Shown in pieces: positions 29,651-38,821 of a stretch of 64,000 bases of DNA (position 1 is the first letter of the stretch; each line of letters opens with the position of its first letter). The notes beneath the pieces were generated by a model. That model had not been told where the DNA came from and ran no database searches. It worked only from the letters and a program-made list of their open reading frames with translations. This DNA comes from an uncultured Bacteroides sp. (GTDB lineage Bacteria; Bacteroidota; Bacteroidia; Bacteroidales; UBA11471), in NCBI GenBank assembly GCA_963931635.1, contig OZ007034.1, positions 2,437,883-2,501,882 on the forward strand. The letters run 5' to 3'. A program made the position numbers and the translations under genes.

Positions 29651-31204
29651 ATGTCGACCGCATCGCGTGTAGCAAAAAATACGGGCTATCTCTATGCCAA
29701 GATGGGCATTACCATGTTCATCTCGCTCTATACGACCCGACTTGTACTCAACAGTTTGGGCGATGTCGATTTCGGTATTTTCAATATTGAGGGTGGTGCC
29801 ATTGCCATGCTTGGATTCTTAAATGCTGCTATGGCTGGAGCAACCCAACGATTTATGTCATATAGCGAAGGTGAGGGTAATAAGGAGAAACAGAAGCAGA
29901 TATTCAACATCAGCATTGTATTGCACACGGCCATTTCTCTCCTTGTGGGAGTGGTTTTGTTGGTGGTCGGTTATTTTTTCTTTCATGGCATACTGAATAT
30001 CCCACCCGATCGCCAGTTCGCAGCAAAGGTAGTTTACGGCAGTCTTATTGTCAGTACCATGTTCACTGTAATGAACGTACCTTACGATGCCATGCTCAAT
30101 GCCCACGAAAATATGCGGTACTACGCCATTGTGGGCATTATAGAGTCTCTGCTCAAACTGGCTGTGGCGTTTGCTGTCGTATATACCACCAGCGACAAAC
30201 TCATCGTTTACGGCATGCTCATGGCCGTCATGCCTCTCATTACCCTTACCATTATGCGGGTCTATTGCCATAGACGATATGAAGAGTGTATATGGGCTCC
30301 CCGTCGCTATTTCGACCACGGACTGATGAGAGAGATGACTGGATTTGCCGGATGGAATTTTGTCAGTACAACTTTAGCCATGGTTGGCTATTATGGACAG
30401 GGAATCGTTCTAAATTATTTTTTTGGACCGTTATTAAATGCGGCATACGGTATCGTAACTCAACTGAACGGACAATTGCTGGTTCTATCAAACAATATGT
30501 TGAAGGCCTTGAATCCTGTAATCGTTAAAAATGAGGGCACAAAAAACCGTCATAAAATGCTGGATATCTCTTTGTTCGGAAATAAACTTTCCTTTTTTTT
30601 ACTCCTCTTTCCGGCTATTCCTTTTATGATCGAGGCTCCTGTCATTTTAAAGTGGTGGCTTAAAAATGTTCCAGAATGGACGGTCTTATTTTTATATTTA
30701 TGCTTAACAAAGGCCATTATAGAACAGCTATTTGTTACACTATACACAACCGTCTTAGCACAAGGGAATATAAAAGGGCTGACAATAAATAATGGATTGT
30801 TATATATAATTTCTTTGATATTCAGTGCGATTATGTTCTCTGCAGGATTCTCTCCTGCTTGGCTATATATATCCAGCATTATATTTATTGCCATAGGCAC
30901 CGGCATTAGCCGGTTGTATTATTGTAATAAGTTATGCGGGCTACCTATAAAAATATTTATATCTGGAGTAATTGTACGATCTGTATTATTATTTACTGTT
31001 GTATTGGGAATATCATACAGTATAAAATTAATTATCCCGTATTCGGATATTTGGCGATTTTTATGTGTATTACTCGCTTCTACTTTATCATTATTGTTGG
31101 GCGGTTATACAATATTGCTTAACAAGACAGAAAGAGGGATGATGAGAAATGCCTTTACTGGGTTAAAAAACAGATATATGCTCAAAAAGAGTCTGAATAG
31201 ATAG
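29651..31204 (+). CDS. wzx: Oligosaccharide flippase (Wzx / MOP superfamily)
   Basis: 517 aa, polytopic, with a typical flippase N-terminus (VAKNTGYLYAKMGITMFISLYTTRLVLNSLG). Confidence 0.8.
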   Translation: MSTASRVAKNTGYLYAKMGITMFISLYTTRLVLNSLGDVDFGIFNIEGGAIAMLGFLNAAMAGATQRFMSYSEGEGNKEKQKQIFNISIVLHTAISLLVGVVLLVVGYFFFHGILNIPPDRQFAAKVVYGSLIVSTMFTVMNVPYDAMLNAHENMRYYAIVGIIESLLKLAVAFAVVYTTSDKLIVYGMLMAVMPLITLTIMRVYCHRRYEECIWAPRRYFDHGLMREMTGFAGWNFVSTTLAMVGYYGQGIVLNYFFGPLLNAAYGIVTQLNGQLLVLSNNMLKALNPVIVKNEGTKNRHKMLDISLFGNKLSFFLLLFPAIPFMIEAPVILKWWLKNVPEWTVLFLYLCLTKAIIEQLFVTLYTTVLAQGNIKGLTINNGLLYIISLIFSAIMFSAGFSPAWLYISSIIFIAIGTGISRLYYCNKLCGLPIKIFISGVIVRSVLLFTVVLGISYSIKLIIPYSDIWRFLCVLLASTLSLLLGGYTILLNKTERGMMRNAFTGLKNRYMLKKSLNR

Positions 31205-31205
31205 T

Positions 31206-32432
31206 ATGGAATTATTTACTTATCGAAAATGTAAGAATGAATACACAATCACGGCACTTATGATTGTGTCCATATTTTTCATCTTCAATCCTTTATTATC
31301 TATCATATTTTTCTTTTTGTTTGTTGTAAAACACAATTATGTCAATTTCCAAACAATGCTATTGGCGTGCATATTGTGCAGTGTGTACATAAGTCTCGTC
31401 AATGCCAACAAGGTCGCGGAGAATGATTTGGTCTGGTACATAGAAAAATATGTAGATGCACAGAATTACTCATATTGGGAATATATAGCCGGTAAAGGAT
31501 TACTCGGAGGCGGAAGTCAGGAACAAGGGTATACCACTCTCGTATGGGTGATAAATAGGATTTTTGATGGGAATATCTGGTGTTTTAAGTTTTTTATATC
31601 CCTAATAAATTATATGTTCTTGACGTCTTCATTTCTCATTTATTATAAACGATATAAGTGTGAGTCCCCCATACCCATATTCGCAGCTGTTTTTATAATG
31701 TGTTTCACACCCTATATTTTTACCATGTCTCTACAACTGGTACGACAATTTTTAGCTGGCTCAGTATTTACATGGCTATTGGTAAAAAAATGCGTCCAAG
31801 GTAAAACAAACATTTTTCTCCTTATATGTCTACCACTACTACATACCACCGCCCTTTTGTTTATACCGTTCTTTCTATTTCCTCAGTTAGATAAACCCAT
31901 CAGAAAAGAGAAGCTATTTTATATATGTCTTTTGATCGCCTTGTTAGGAATTCAGATAATTAGTCAGGTATTATCCAAGATAAGTTTCTTATCGGATATT
32001 GCAGCAATAAATTATGCTTTAAGCCGGGCATCAACCGGTACATCGTTTGATTTAGGGCCGCTGCCTCTTTCTAAGATTGTGTTTATTTGGGCTATCTTAT
32101 TTGTATGCATAAAAATAAAGAGACACTCGGCTATCTCAAAAGAACCCGGTATCAAACGGTTTTCAAATACGCTGATTTTTCTATGCATTTTTATTTTGAT
32201 CAATTTCAACCAGAGTGAGTTATCAAATAGGTTATGTTTCTATCTATTCCCTTTTATTCCCTATGTATTTCTATGGGGATTAAGAATATACAAACGCTTT
32301 GCATCGAAAGAGCTAATAACAGGATTCACCTTGTTTATGATAGTTTTTTGGAGCCTATACCTACATATAGGTACATGGACCTATATGATTCCTGTAAATG
32401 TCTGGTTATTACCGCTATGGCTTTATATGTAA
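31206..32432 (+). CDS. wzy: Polysaccharide polymerase-like polytopic membrane protein (Wzy/EpsG type)
   Basis: 408 aa, very hydrophobic, ~10+ TM segments, low GC. The call rests on position after wzx; the family is assigned by context only. Confidence 0.6.
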   Translation: MELFTYRKCKNEYTITALMIVSIFFIFNPLLSIIFFFLFVVKHNYVNFQTMLLACILCSVYISLVNANKVAENDLVWYIEKYVDAQNYSYWEYIAGKGLLGGGSQEQGYTTLVWVINRIFDGNIWCFKFFISLINYMFLTSSFLIYYKRYKCESPIPIFAAVFIMCFTPYIFTMSLQLVRQFLAGSVFTWLLVKKCVQGKTNIFLLICLPLLHTTALLFIPFFLFPQLDKPIRKEKLFYICLLIALLGIQIISQVLSKISFLSDIAAINYALSRASTGTSFDLGPLPLSKIVFIWAILFVCIKIKRHSAISKEPGIKRFSNTLIFLCIFILINFNQSELSNRLCFYLFPFIPYVFLWGLRIYKRFASKELITGFTLFMIVFWSLYLHIGTWTYMIPVNVWLLPLWLYM

Positions 32433-32445
32433 TATAGATATAATT

Positions 32446-33207
32446 ATGAGGTTAATAAAAAAGATAAGGAAATGGATCTCGAAATATCAATTCAATTATT
32501 ATAAAACACTTGTTGCCAATTTTCGTTTGTTTCCGTTTCAACAGGCTGTGCATCTGCCTTTGGTTATATATAACAAACCAGAACTTAAATTATCTCGTTC
32601 CTGCATACAACTCAATGTCCCAACCCGTTTCGGTTTAATAAAGTGGGGTAACAACTATGATCTATTTTCATCTAGAAAGGCACCCTCTCTTTTAGCTATG
32701 ATAGATGGTCAATTAATAATTAACGGACCAATTTTCATAAATTCTGGCACAGTATTCAGGATCTTTGGCCAGGTAACATTCGGTGAGCATGTCGGTATTG
32801 GGTCACAATGCAAACTACTGGTTAACAATAATGTAAAAATAGGTTCGAAAGTCCGTATTGCTTTTGGAACAATTATTAGTGATAGCGATTTTCATTACCT
32901 ATACAACGATGGTATTGTACATCGTAAAAATGGAAATGTTGCCATTGGAAATTCTGTATGGATAGGGAATAATGTGTCTGTTCTAAAAAATGCAGTTATA
33001 CCACACAATGCGGTTGTTAGTAGTAAAAGCCTTGTAAACAAAGATTTTGGCAAATATAATCAAGGCATATTATTAGCAGGAATGCCAGCCAAAATAGTAA
33101 GAGAAAATTGCACTCAAATTTATTCGGATGAATTAGATAAAGAATGCGATAACTTTTTCTGCAATAATGATGTTACAATATATCATTTACCATTAGATAT
33201 AATTTAA
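32446..33207 (+). CDS. LbH (hexapeptide-repeat) acyltransferase, type A
   Basis: ORF trimmed to the ATG at 32446. Hexapeptide repeats (IGNSVWIGNNVSVLKNAVIPHNAVV). The N-terminal motif NFRLFPFQQAVHLP is shared with 39921..40586. Confidence 0.8.
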   Translation: MRLIKKIRKWISKYQFNYYKTLVANFRLFPFQQAVHLPLVIYNKPELKLSRSCIQLNVPTRFGLIKWGNNYDLFSSRKAPSLLAMIDGQLIINGPIFINSGTVFRIFGQVTFGEHVGIGSQCKLLVNNNVKIGSKVRIAFGTIISDSDFHYLYNDGIVHRKNGNVAIGNSVWIGNNVSVLKNAVIPHNAVVSSKSLVNKDFGKYNQGILLAGMPAKIVRENCTQIYSDELDKECDNFFCNNDVTIYHLPLDII

Positions 33208-33218
33208 ATTATAAATAT

Positions 33219-33941
33219 ATGAAAGTAGTTGCATTACTGACAGGTAGAGGTAATAATACTTTAAAGAATAAAAACATATTACCTGTATTAGGAAAGCCCC
33301 TATTGTATTATCCAGCAATGGCTGCACGGAAATGTCATCTAATAAGTGATTTCTATGTGAGTAGCGACGACCCCAAGATATTGGAAGCAGCATCGTTATG
33401 CGGATATAAAAAAATAAAGAGACCGAAAGAATTGGCCTCACCATCGGCACAGCATATTGACGCAATAAAACATGCCCTCAATGTTATGGCAAGTGATGAT
33501 GTGTATCCAGATATTTTGGTCGTATTATTGGCGAATTCGGGAATTATAAAAACCGAATGGATAGAGAATTCCATACAAAATATTCTTGATAATCCAGCCC
33601 TGTCTGCATCTGTTCCTGTTAAATTAGAGATGGATAATCACCCCTACCGATCAAAACGGTTACGTGCAGACGGCTGTCTTGACACTTGGTTTGATTTCAA
33701 AGGAAAGGAAATATCTACAAATCGTCAAGACCTACCTCCGAATTATGTCTTGTGCCATAACTTCTGGACATTAAATTTAAAAGAATCTTTATATACAAAA
33801 GAAGAAGGACAACAACCGTGGACTTTTATGGGGAATAATATTAAACCAATTGTTGTGAAAGAAAGTTTTGATGTCCACGATGAAGAAGATATAATACGGA
33901 CTGAAAAATGGATAAAGGAACAAGGTATATGCTATGAATAA
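33219..33941 (+). CDS. Acylneuraminate-type cytidylyltransferase family protein (CMP-sugar synthetase, NeuA/KdsB-like)
   Basis: 240 aa. N-terminal nucleotide-binding motif LLTGRGNNTLKNKN (compare ARxGSKxxxxKN of CMP-NeuAc synthetases). Confidence 0.75.
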   Translation: MKVVALLTGRGNNTLKNKNILPVLGKPLLYYPAMAARKCHLISDFYVSSDDPKILEAASLCGYKKIKRPKELASPSAQHIDAIKHALNVMASDDVYPDILVVLLANSGIIKTEWIENSIQNILDNPALSASVPVKLEMDNHPYRSKRLRADGCLDTWFDFKGKEISTNRQDLPPNYVLCHNFWTLNLKESLYTKEEGQQPWTFMGNNIKPIVVKESFDVHDEEDIIRTEKWIKEQGICYE

Positions 33942-33950
33942 AAATGTGAT

Positions 33951-34478
33951 ATGTCTCTGATTATTAGAATAGTAAATAAATTTATACATTTATATTACAG
34001 ATGTATGATACGAAAAGTCGAAAAAAAATCGGGCTGCCGTATTCATTTTGTACCGCAAGGTGCTGGTGGTGTATGGATAGACCATGCCGAAAATTTCAAA
34101 ATATCATCTACTAGTCATCTAAAATCAAATACTTACATTGAATGCTCCGGAGGGGTACAAATAGGAGAGTATTTTCATACAGGTAGAGGATTAACGATAT
34201 TTTCAAGCAATCATATTTATGATAATGATAACTATATACCATATGATAACGTTTCAATAAATAAGCCCGTTATCATAAAAGATTTTGTTTGGATTGGTAG
34301 TAATGTAACCATAGTGCCAGGAGTAACCATAGGCGAAGGTGCAATTGTCGGATCCGGAGCTGTTGTTACACGCGATGTTCCTGATTATGCTGTTGTCGGC
34401 GGAAATCCGGCGCAGATTATAAAATATAGAGATATAGAAAAATTCCAAAAGCTGAAAGCTCAAAAAAGATTTTTTTAA
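33951..34478 (+). CDS. LbH acetyltransferase (maltose/galactoside O-acetyltransferase-like)
   Basis: 175 aa. C-terminal hexapeptide repeats (VWIGSNVTIVPGVTIGEGAIVGSGAVVTRDVPDYAVVGGNPA). Confidence 0.85.
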   Translation: MSLIIRIVNKFIHLYYRCMIRKVEKKSGCRIHFVPQGAGGVWIDHAENFKISSTSHLKSNTYIECSGGVQIGEYFHTGRGLTIFSSNHIYDNDNYIPYDNVSINKPVIIKDFVWIGSNVTIVPGVTIGEGAIVGSGAVVTRDVPDYAVVGGNPAQIIKYRDIEKFQKLKAQKRFF

Positions 34479-35494
34479 TGAAATCCGTTGTATTCTTTAA
34501 TCAGGCTGCAGCCGATATTGTACATATTCTTAAAATATATGATCAACTGGAATCTTCCGGTAATTATAACTTCAAGGTCATCTGTTTTAATAATAAGCTT
34601 TTTTGTGAGGTATATGAAGCGTTATCGTTGAAAAACACGGAGATACTGTATTTTCCACATAATTACCCACCTTTTAAGTGGCCGTTTCGACGAAGATCAT
34701 GGCGAAAAAAAACATCTATGGCTTTGGACCATATTATTACAGATAATGATGCCGATATATACTTCACATCGATATATGACGATTTCCTGACACCTTATTA
34801 TGTCGGAATATTAGCAGAAAAGGGGCATACCGTTTACTATCTTAATCATTACGATGACTGTCAGAATATCTCTCCGGCAAAAAATATTCCTTTAAACAAA
34901 AAAATATTTTTACGACTTTTAAACTATAATACAGGTTTAAAATATACCATATGTAATATGTCCGGTCGATGGCTTGTAACCCGCTACCCCAAAGAGAGGA
35001 TCGCCAATATGGTAGAATTACGCCCTACTCTTGACAGCCAGGTCTGTAAGAAATATGCTGTAAAAATAGGAAACTGTTTGGGGAAAACAGCCCTCTTGTT
35101 TACACAACCCAATAGAGACCGTACATTAATATCGGACAGCGAATACAATGAATTACAATATATTGTCGCCAAAAAACTAAAAGATTCGGGATATACACTT
35201 GCTGTAAAAGGGCATCCAGCATTGGGTATATGCGAAGATGTACGCTCATTTGCTGATATTATTATACCTCAAATTATTCCCGGAGAATTGTTGGATTATT
35301 CGCAAATAGATTCTTGTTATGCATTCATCACGGTAGCTTTGGCCTCCACAGCCAAGTTGAATATTCCCAGTTATTCTTTTCTTCCCTTGATGAAAACGCA
35401 CGAATCGATACACTATCAAGAGGCAATATCTTTCATTTTAAATACCGGAGAGGGTAAAATCAAACTATTAAACTCCTTAAAAGAAATTCAATAA
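34478..35494 (+). CDS. Hypothetical protein; candidate CMP/CDP-sugar-dependent GT-B-like transferase (KGHP motif)
   Basis: 338 aa with no family recognisable by eye. His246-Pro247 (35213-35218) sits in LAVKGHPALG, followed by IIPGELL and VALASTAKL. Start and stop each overlap the neighbouring gene by 1 nt. Confidence 0.35.
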   Translation: MKSVVFFNQAAADIVHILKIYDQLESSGNYNFKVICFNNKLFCEVYEALSLKNTEILYFPHNYPPFKWPFRRRSWRKKTSMALDHIITDNDADIYFTSIYDDFLTPYYVGILAEKGHTVYYLNHYDDCQNISPAKNIPLNKKIFLRLLNYNTGLKYTICNMSGRWLVTRYPKERIANMVELRPTLDSQVCKKYAVKIGNCLGKTALLFTQPNRDRTLISDSEYNELQYIVAKKLKDSGYTLAVKGHPALGICEDVRSFADIIIPQIIPGELLDYSQIDSCYAFITVALASTAKLNIPSYSFLPLMKTHESIHYQEAISFILNTGEGKIKLLNSLKEIQ

Positions 35495-36315
35495 TGAAAC
35501 ATATTGCCGTACTCCTTACTGTGCATAATCGAAAAGAGAAGACGCTGCGGTGTCTGCAAGATTTGTTTGCACAAGATCCCGTAGATGGATATGCAATAGA
35601 TATATGGCTTACCGACGACGGTTGTACCGATGGTACTGCCGAAGCCATTGCCGAACATTATCCCGAAGTACATATCGTTCCGGGCGATGGGAATCTGTAT
35701 TGGAACCGGGGTATGTACACAGCCTGGCAAGCTGCTGCAACATATTACGATTATGATTTCTATCTATGGCTCAACGACGATACATTTACCTATCCATATA
35801 TGTTGCAGGTGTTGTGTCATGCTGTTGAAGATACCCATAGTACGGCCATAATCGTAGGTGCTACTCAAGATTCATCGCATTCAAGTATAACATACGGCGG
35901 CTGGAAAAACAAGACTATCCCCGCCCCCAATGGAATGCTGACAGAAGTCGATTTTTTCAATGGGAATATTGTGTTGATACCCCAGTCGGTCTATCATCGA
36001 TTAGGTAATCTCGATTTTTATTTTACCCACAGTAAAGGCGACTTCGACTATGGAATGCGTGCCAAGAAGGCCGGAATAAAAATGTATCAAGCCGGACGCC
36101 TATTGGGAGAATGTGATTTGCATGAGCGGCTCGATAAATGGTGTGACCCCAAAATTCCATTGGCTCAACGATGGAAAATGTTACGTCATCCCAACGGAAT
36201 GCCACCTGATGAAACATTCCATCTTGAAAAAAGACACTACGGACTATGCTCTGCTTGTTTTCATTATATCACTGTATATGTGAGATGTGTATTCCCTCGA
36301 ATATGGAATAAATAA
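35494..36315 (+). CDS. Glycosyltransferase family 2
   Basis: HIAVLLTVHNRKEKTLRCL...DDGCTDGT and an NDD (DxD-like) motif. GC is noticeably higher than its neighbours. Confidence 0.85.
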   Translation: MKHIAVLLTVHNRKEKTLRCLQDLFAQDPVDGYAIDIWLTDDGCTDGTAEAIAEHYPEVHIVPGDGNLYWNRGMYTAWQAAATYYDYDFYLWLNDDTFTYPYMLQVLCHAVEDTHSTAIIVGATQDSSHSSITYGGWKNKTIPAPNGMLTEVDFFNGNIVLIPQSVYHRLGNLDFYFTHSKGDFDYGMRAKKAGIKMYQAGRLLGECDLHERLDKWCDPKIPLAQRWKMLRHPNGMPPDETFHLEKRHYGLCSACFHYITVYVRCVFPRIWNK

Positions 36316-36325
36316 TAAAATAAAG

Positions 36326-36901
36326 ATGAAATATAAAGAACTCAAAGAATTGATAAAAGGAGATTTGTCAAAACTTTCTCCCCCCAATAGAATCAACTGT
36401 ATCAAAAGGATTTTATTCAATGCTTCCTTTAAAATTACATTTTGGCTTCGAATATGCAGTTATCTAAAATCAAAAAACGGCCTAATTTATAATATGTTAT
36501 ACCATGTGGCATATGTAATATATAAACACAACCAATTCTTAACAGGCATTCAAGTTCCCGTTATGACTCAAATAGGTAAAGGTTTAGTTTTTGCACACTT
36601 TTCTAATATTGTTGTTACATCTAATGCCATAATAGGAGAAAACTGCATCATATATAATGGCTGTACCATAGGCGATGTGCATGGAGCAAATGGCTCTCCT
36701 ATAATTGGCCATAATGTCGTCATATATCCAGGGTCGAAGATTATTGGGAATGTAAAGGTCGGGAATAATGTCGTTATAGGTGCAAATGCTGTTGTTACAA
36801 AAGATATTCCCGATAATAGTGTAGCTGTGGGAATACCTGCAAAAGTCATATCGGACAAAGGACAAGAATATTTCGACAGGATAATCACACGAATTGACTA
36901 A
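36326..36901 (+). CDS. LbH acetyltransferase (serine O-acetyltransferase/CysE-like)
   Basis: ORF trimmed to the ATG at 36326. Hexapeptide repeats (IGHNVVIYPGSKIIGNVKVGNNVVIGANAVVTKDIPDNSVAVGIPA). Confidence 0.8.
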   Translation: MKYKELKELIKGDLSKLSPPNRINCIKRILFNASFKITFWLRICSYLKSKNGLIYNMLYHVAYVIYKHNQFLTGIQVPVMTQIGKGLVFAHFSNIVVTSNAIIGENCIIYNGCTIGDVHGANGSPIIGHNVVIYPGSKIIGNVKVGNNVVIGANAVVTKDIPDNSVAVGIPAKVISDKGQEYFDRIITRID

Positions 36902-36915
36902 GAACTTTCATATTG

Positions 36916-38037
36916 ATGAAAAAACGATTACTTGTTTTTCATAGTGCATTGACACCTTATCGCATTGACTTCTTCAATGCGCTGGCTGAACATTTTGAAT
37001 GCACGGTTGTATTTGTATCTCGTAATAATATTAATCAACCTTTTGAACAAGAAGAGTTATTTAAAAAATGCCTCTTCAAAAGAGATTATTTGGATATGCG
37101 GATACAGCTTCCACAAAACAGGGTTATCAATTTCGGATATATGTACAGAATTCTGAAATATAAGCCCGATATTGTGATTGGTGCTGAATATGGCCTCCCA
37201 ACCCTTTTACCCTATCTGTACAAAAAACTATTTCATTTAAAATATACCCTATATACCATATGCGATGACAGCCTAAGCATTGCAATTAATGGTGGCTCGC
37301 GTGTGAGACGGAAATTGCGAGATTTCCTTATTAAAAGATTAAATGGAGTAATCCTGGTTTCAGACAAGGTTGCAGAATGGTATTCGTCTCATTTTAAACT
37401 GAAACAACGCCCAATCGTTTTCCCCATAATATACAACGAAACACCATACAAGGCTATGCTTCAAAGAATAATTCCCATATCCAAGACTTATCAGGAGCAA
37501 TATGATTTAATAAATAAAAAAGTAGTTTTATTTGTAGGACGCTTAACAGAAGTCAAGAATATACCGTTATTGATTCAAGCTTTTGCACAACTTCATACCG
37601 ACGACAATGCTCGATTGGTAATTGTCGGCGATGGAGATATGCGAGAGAACCTTTTGAGCATGGTGCAGAAAGTGGGAATGGAGAATAAGATTATATTCCC
37701 GGGAAGATTTGAAGGCGATAAATTGTATGCTTGGTATAATATAGCCGATTTATTTGTTTTACCCAGTACTTATGAACCGTTTGGAGCAGTAATAGTCGAA
37801 GCTCTTGAAGCCGGGTGTCATGTGTTATGTTCTGAACGAGCTGGTTCTGCAACCTTGATAAATTCGAGAGATGGCCAAATCTTCAATCCGAAAAACGAAA
37901 AAGGTTTATCTTCACTCCTCTCTCAATATCTAGAAGAGATAGAATACAAAGATATTGATTCAAAAGCAGCCAGGCCTTCGTTACTACCGTGTAGTTTTCG
38001 TGATTCTGTGAAAAATATGATTGAATTATTGCATTAA
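36916..38037 (+). CDS. Glycosyltransferase family 4 (GT-B, GT1-type C-terminal domain)
   Basis: C-terminal EX7E-type region (LPSTYEPFGAVIVEALEAGCHVLCS). Confidence 0.85.
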   Translation: MKKRLLVFHSALTPYRIDFFNALAEHFECTVVFVSRNNINQPFEQEELFKKCLFKRDYLDMRIQLPQNRVINFGYMYRILKYKPDIVIGAEYGLPTLLPYLYKKLFHLKYTLYTICDDSLSIAINGGSRVRRKLRDFLIKRLNGVILVSDKVAEWYSSHFKLKQRPIVFPIIYNETPYKAMLQRIIPISKTYQEQYDLINKKVVLFVGRLTEVKNIPLLIQAFAQLHTDDNARLVIVGDGDMRENLLSMVQKVGMENKIIFPGRFEGDKLYAWYNIADLFVLPSTYEPFGAVIVEALEAGCHVLCSERAGSATLINSRDGQIFNPKNEKGLSSLLSQYLEEIEYKDIDSKAARPSLLPCSFRDSVKNMIELLH

Positions 38038-38049
38038 AATTATATTTAA

Positions 38050-38820
38050 ATGAATAATCAAGAAAATATTTCTGTGCCTAAGATATCGATTATAACGGTT
38101 TCTTATAATGCTATTACTGAGATAGAAAAAACAATTCTGTCGGTTATTAACCAGACATATACCAATATTGAGTATATCATCATTGATGGCGGCAGTACAG
38201 ACGGAACAGTTAATATCATAAAACAATACAATGATAAAATCTCTATCTGGAAAAGCGAACCGGATCATGGTGTGTATGACGCCATGAATAAGGGGATAAA
38301 ATTAGCCACAGGTGAATGGATATTGTTTATGAACAGCGGAGATACTTTCCATGATAATATGGTCGTCGCAGATATATTCCAAAATACAAAATATGCCGAC
38401 AAGGTGGGGGTTATATGGGGAGACACAGATTTTTACGATGGAGACAAGTTTGTAGAAAAATCTAAGAAAACCCCTTTTACAAAGACTGTCATGCCGTATC
38501 GTACGGGCATGGGTATTTCACATCAAAGTCTGTTTACCCGTACTCGGTTAGCCAAAGAATTAATGTTTGATCTCAAATACCGAATATCCGCAGATTTTGG
38601 GATGACCTATAAAATATATAAAAGCGGATGGGAATTTATTCATATAGATAGAATTATTGCGAATTATGATATAAATGGAATCTCCTCACAACCTGAAAAT
38701 GGGGTTGAAACATTACACGAGACGATGGCTATTTTCAGAGAATCGAATTCAAAATTCAGTTTTCAGTATTTTATATACCTGCTATTTACATTATTGATGC
38801 GTCTTAAAGGTAAGGCATGA
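38050..38820 (+). CDS. Glycosyltransferase family 2
   Basis: ISIITVSYNAITEIEKTILSVINQTYTNIEYIIIDGGSTDGT. Confidence 0.88.
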   Translation: MNNQENISVPKISIITVSYNAITEIEKTILSVINQTYTNIEYIIIDGGSTDGTVNIIKQYNDKISIWKSEPDHGVYDAMNKGIKLATGEWILFMNSGDTFHDNMVVADIFQNTKYADKVGVIWGDTDFYDGDKFVEKSKKTPFTKTVMPYRTGMGISHQSLFTRTRLAKELMFDLKYRISADFGMTYKIYKSGWEFIHIDRIIANYDINGISSQPENGVETLHETMAIFRESNSKFSFQYFIYLLFTLLMRLKGKA

Positions 38821-38821
38821 G

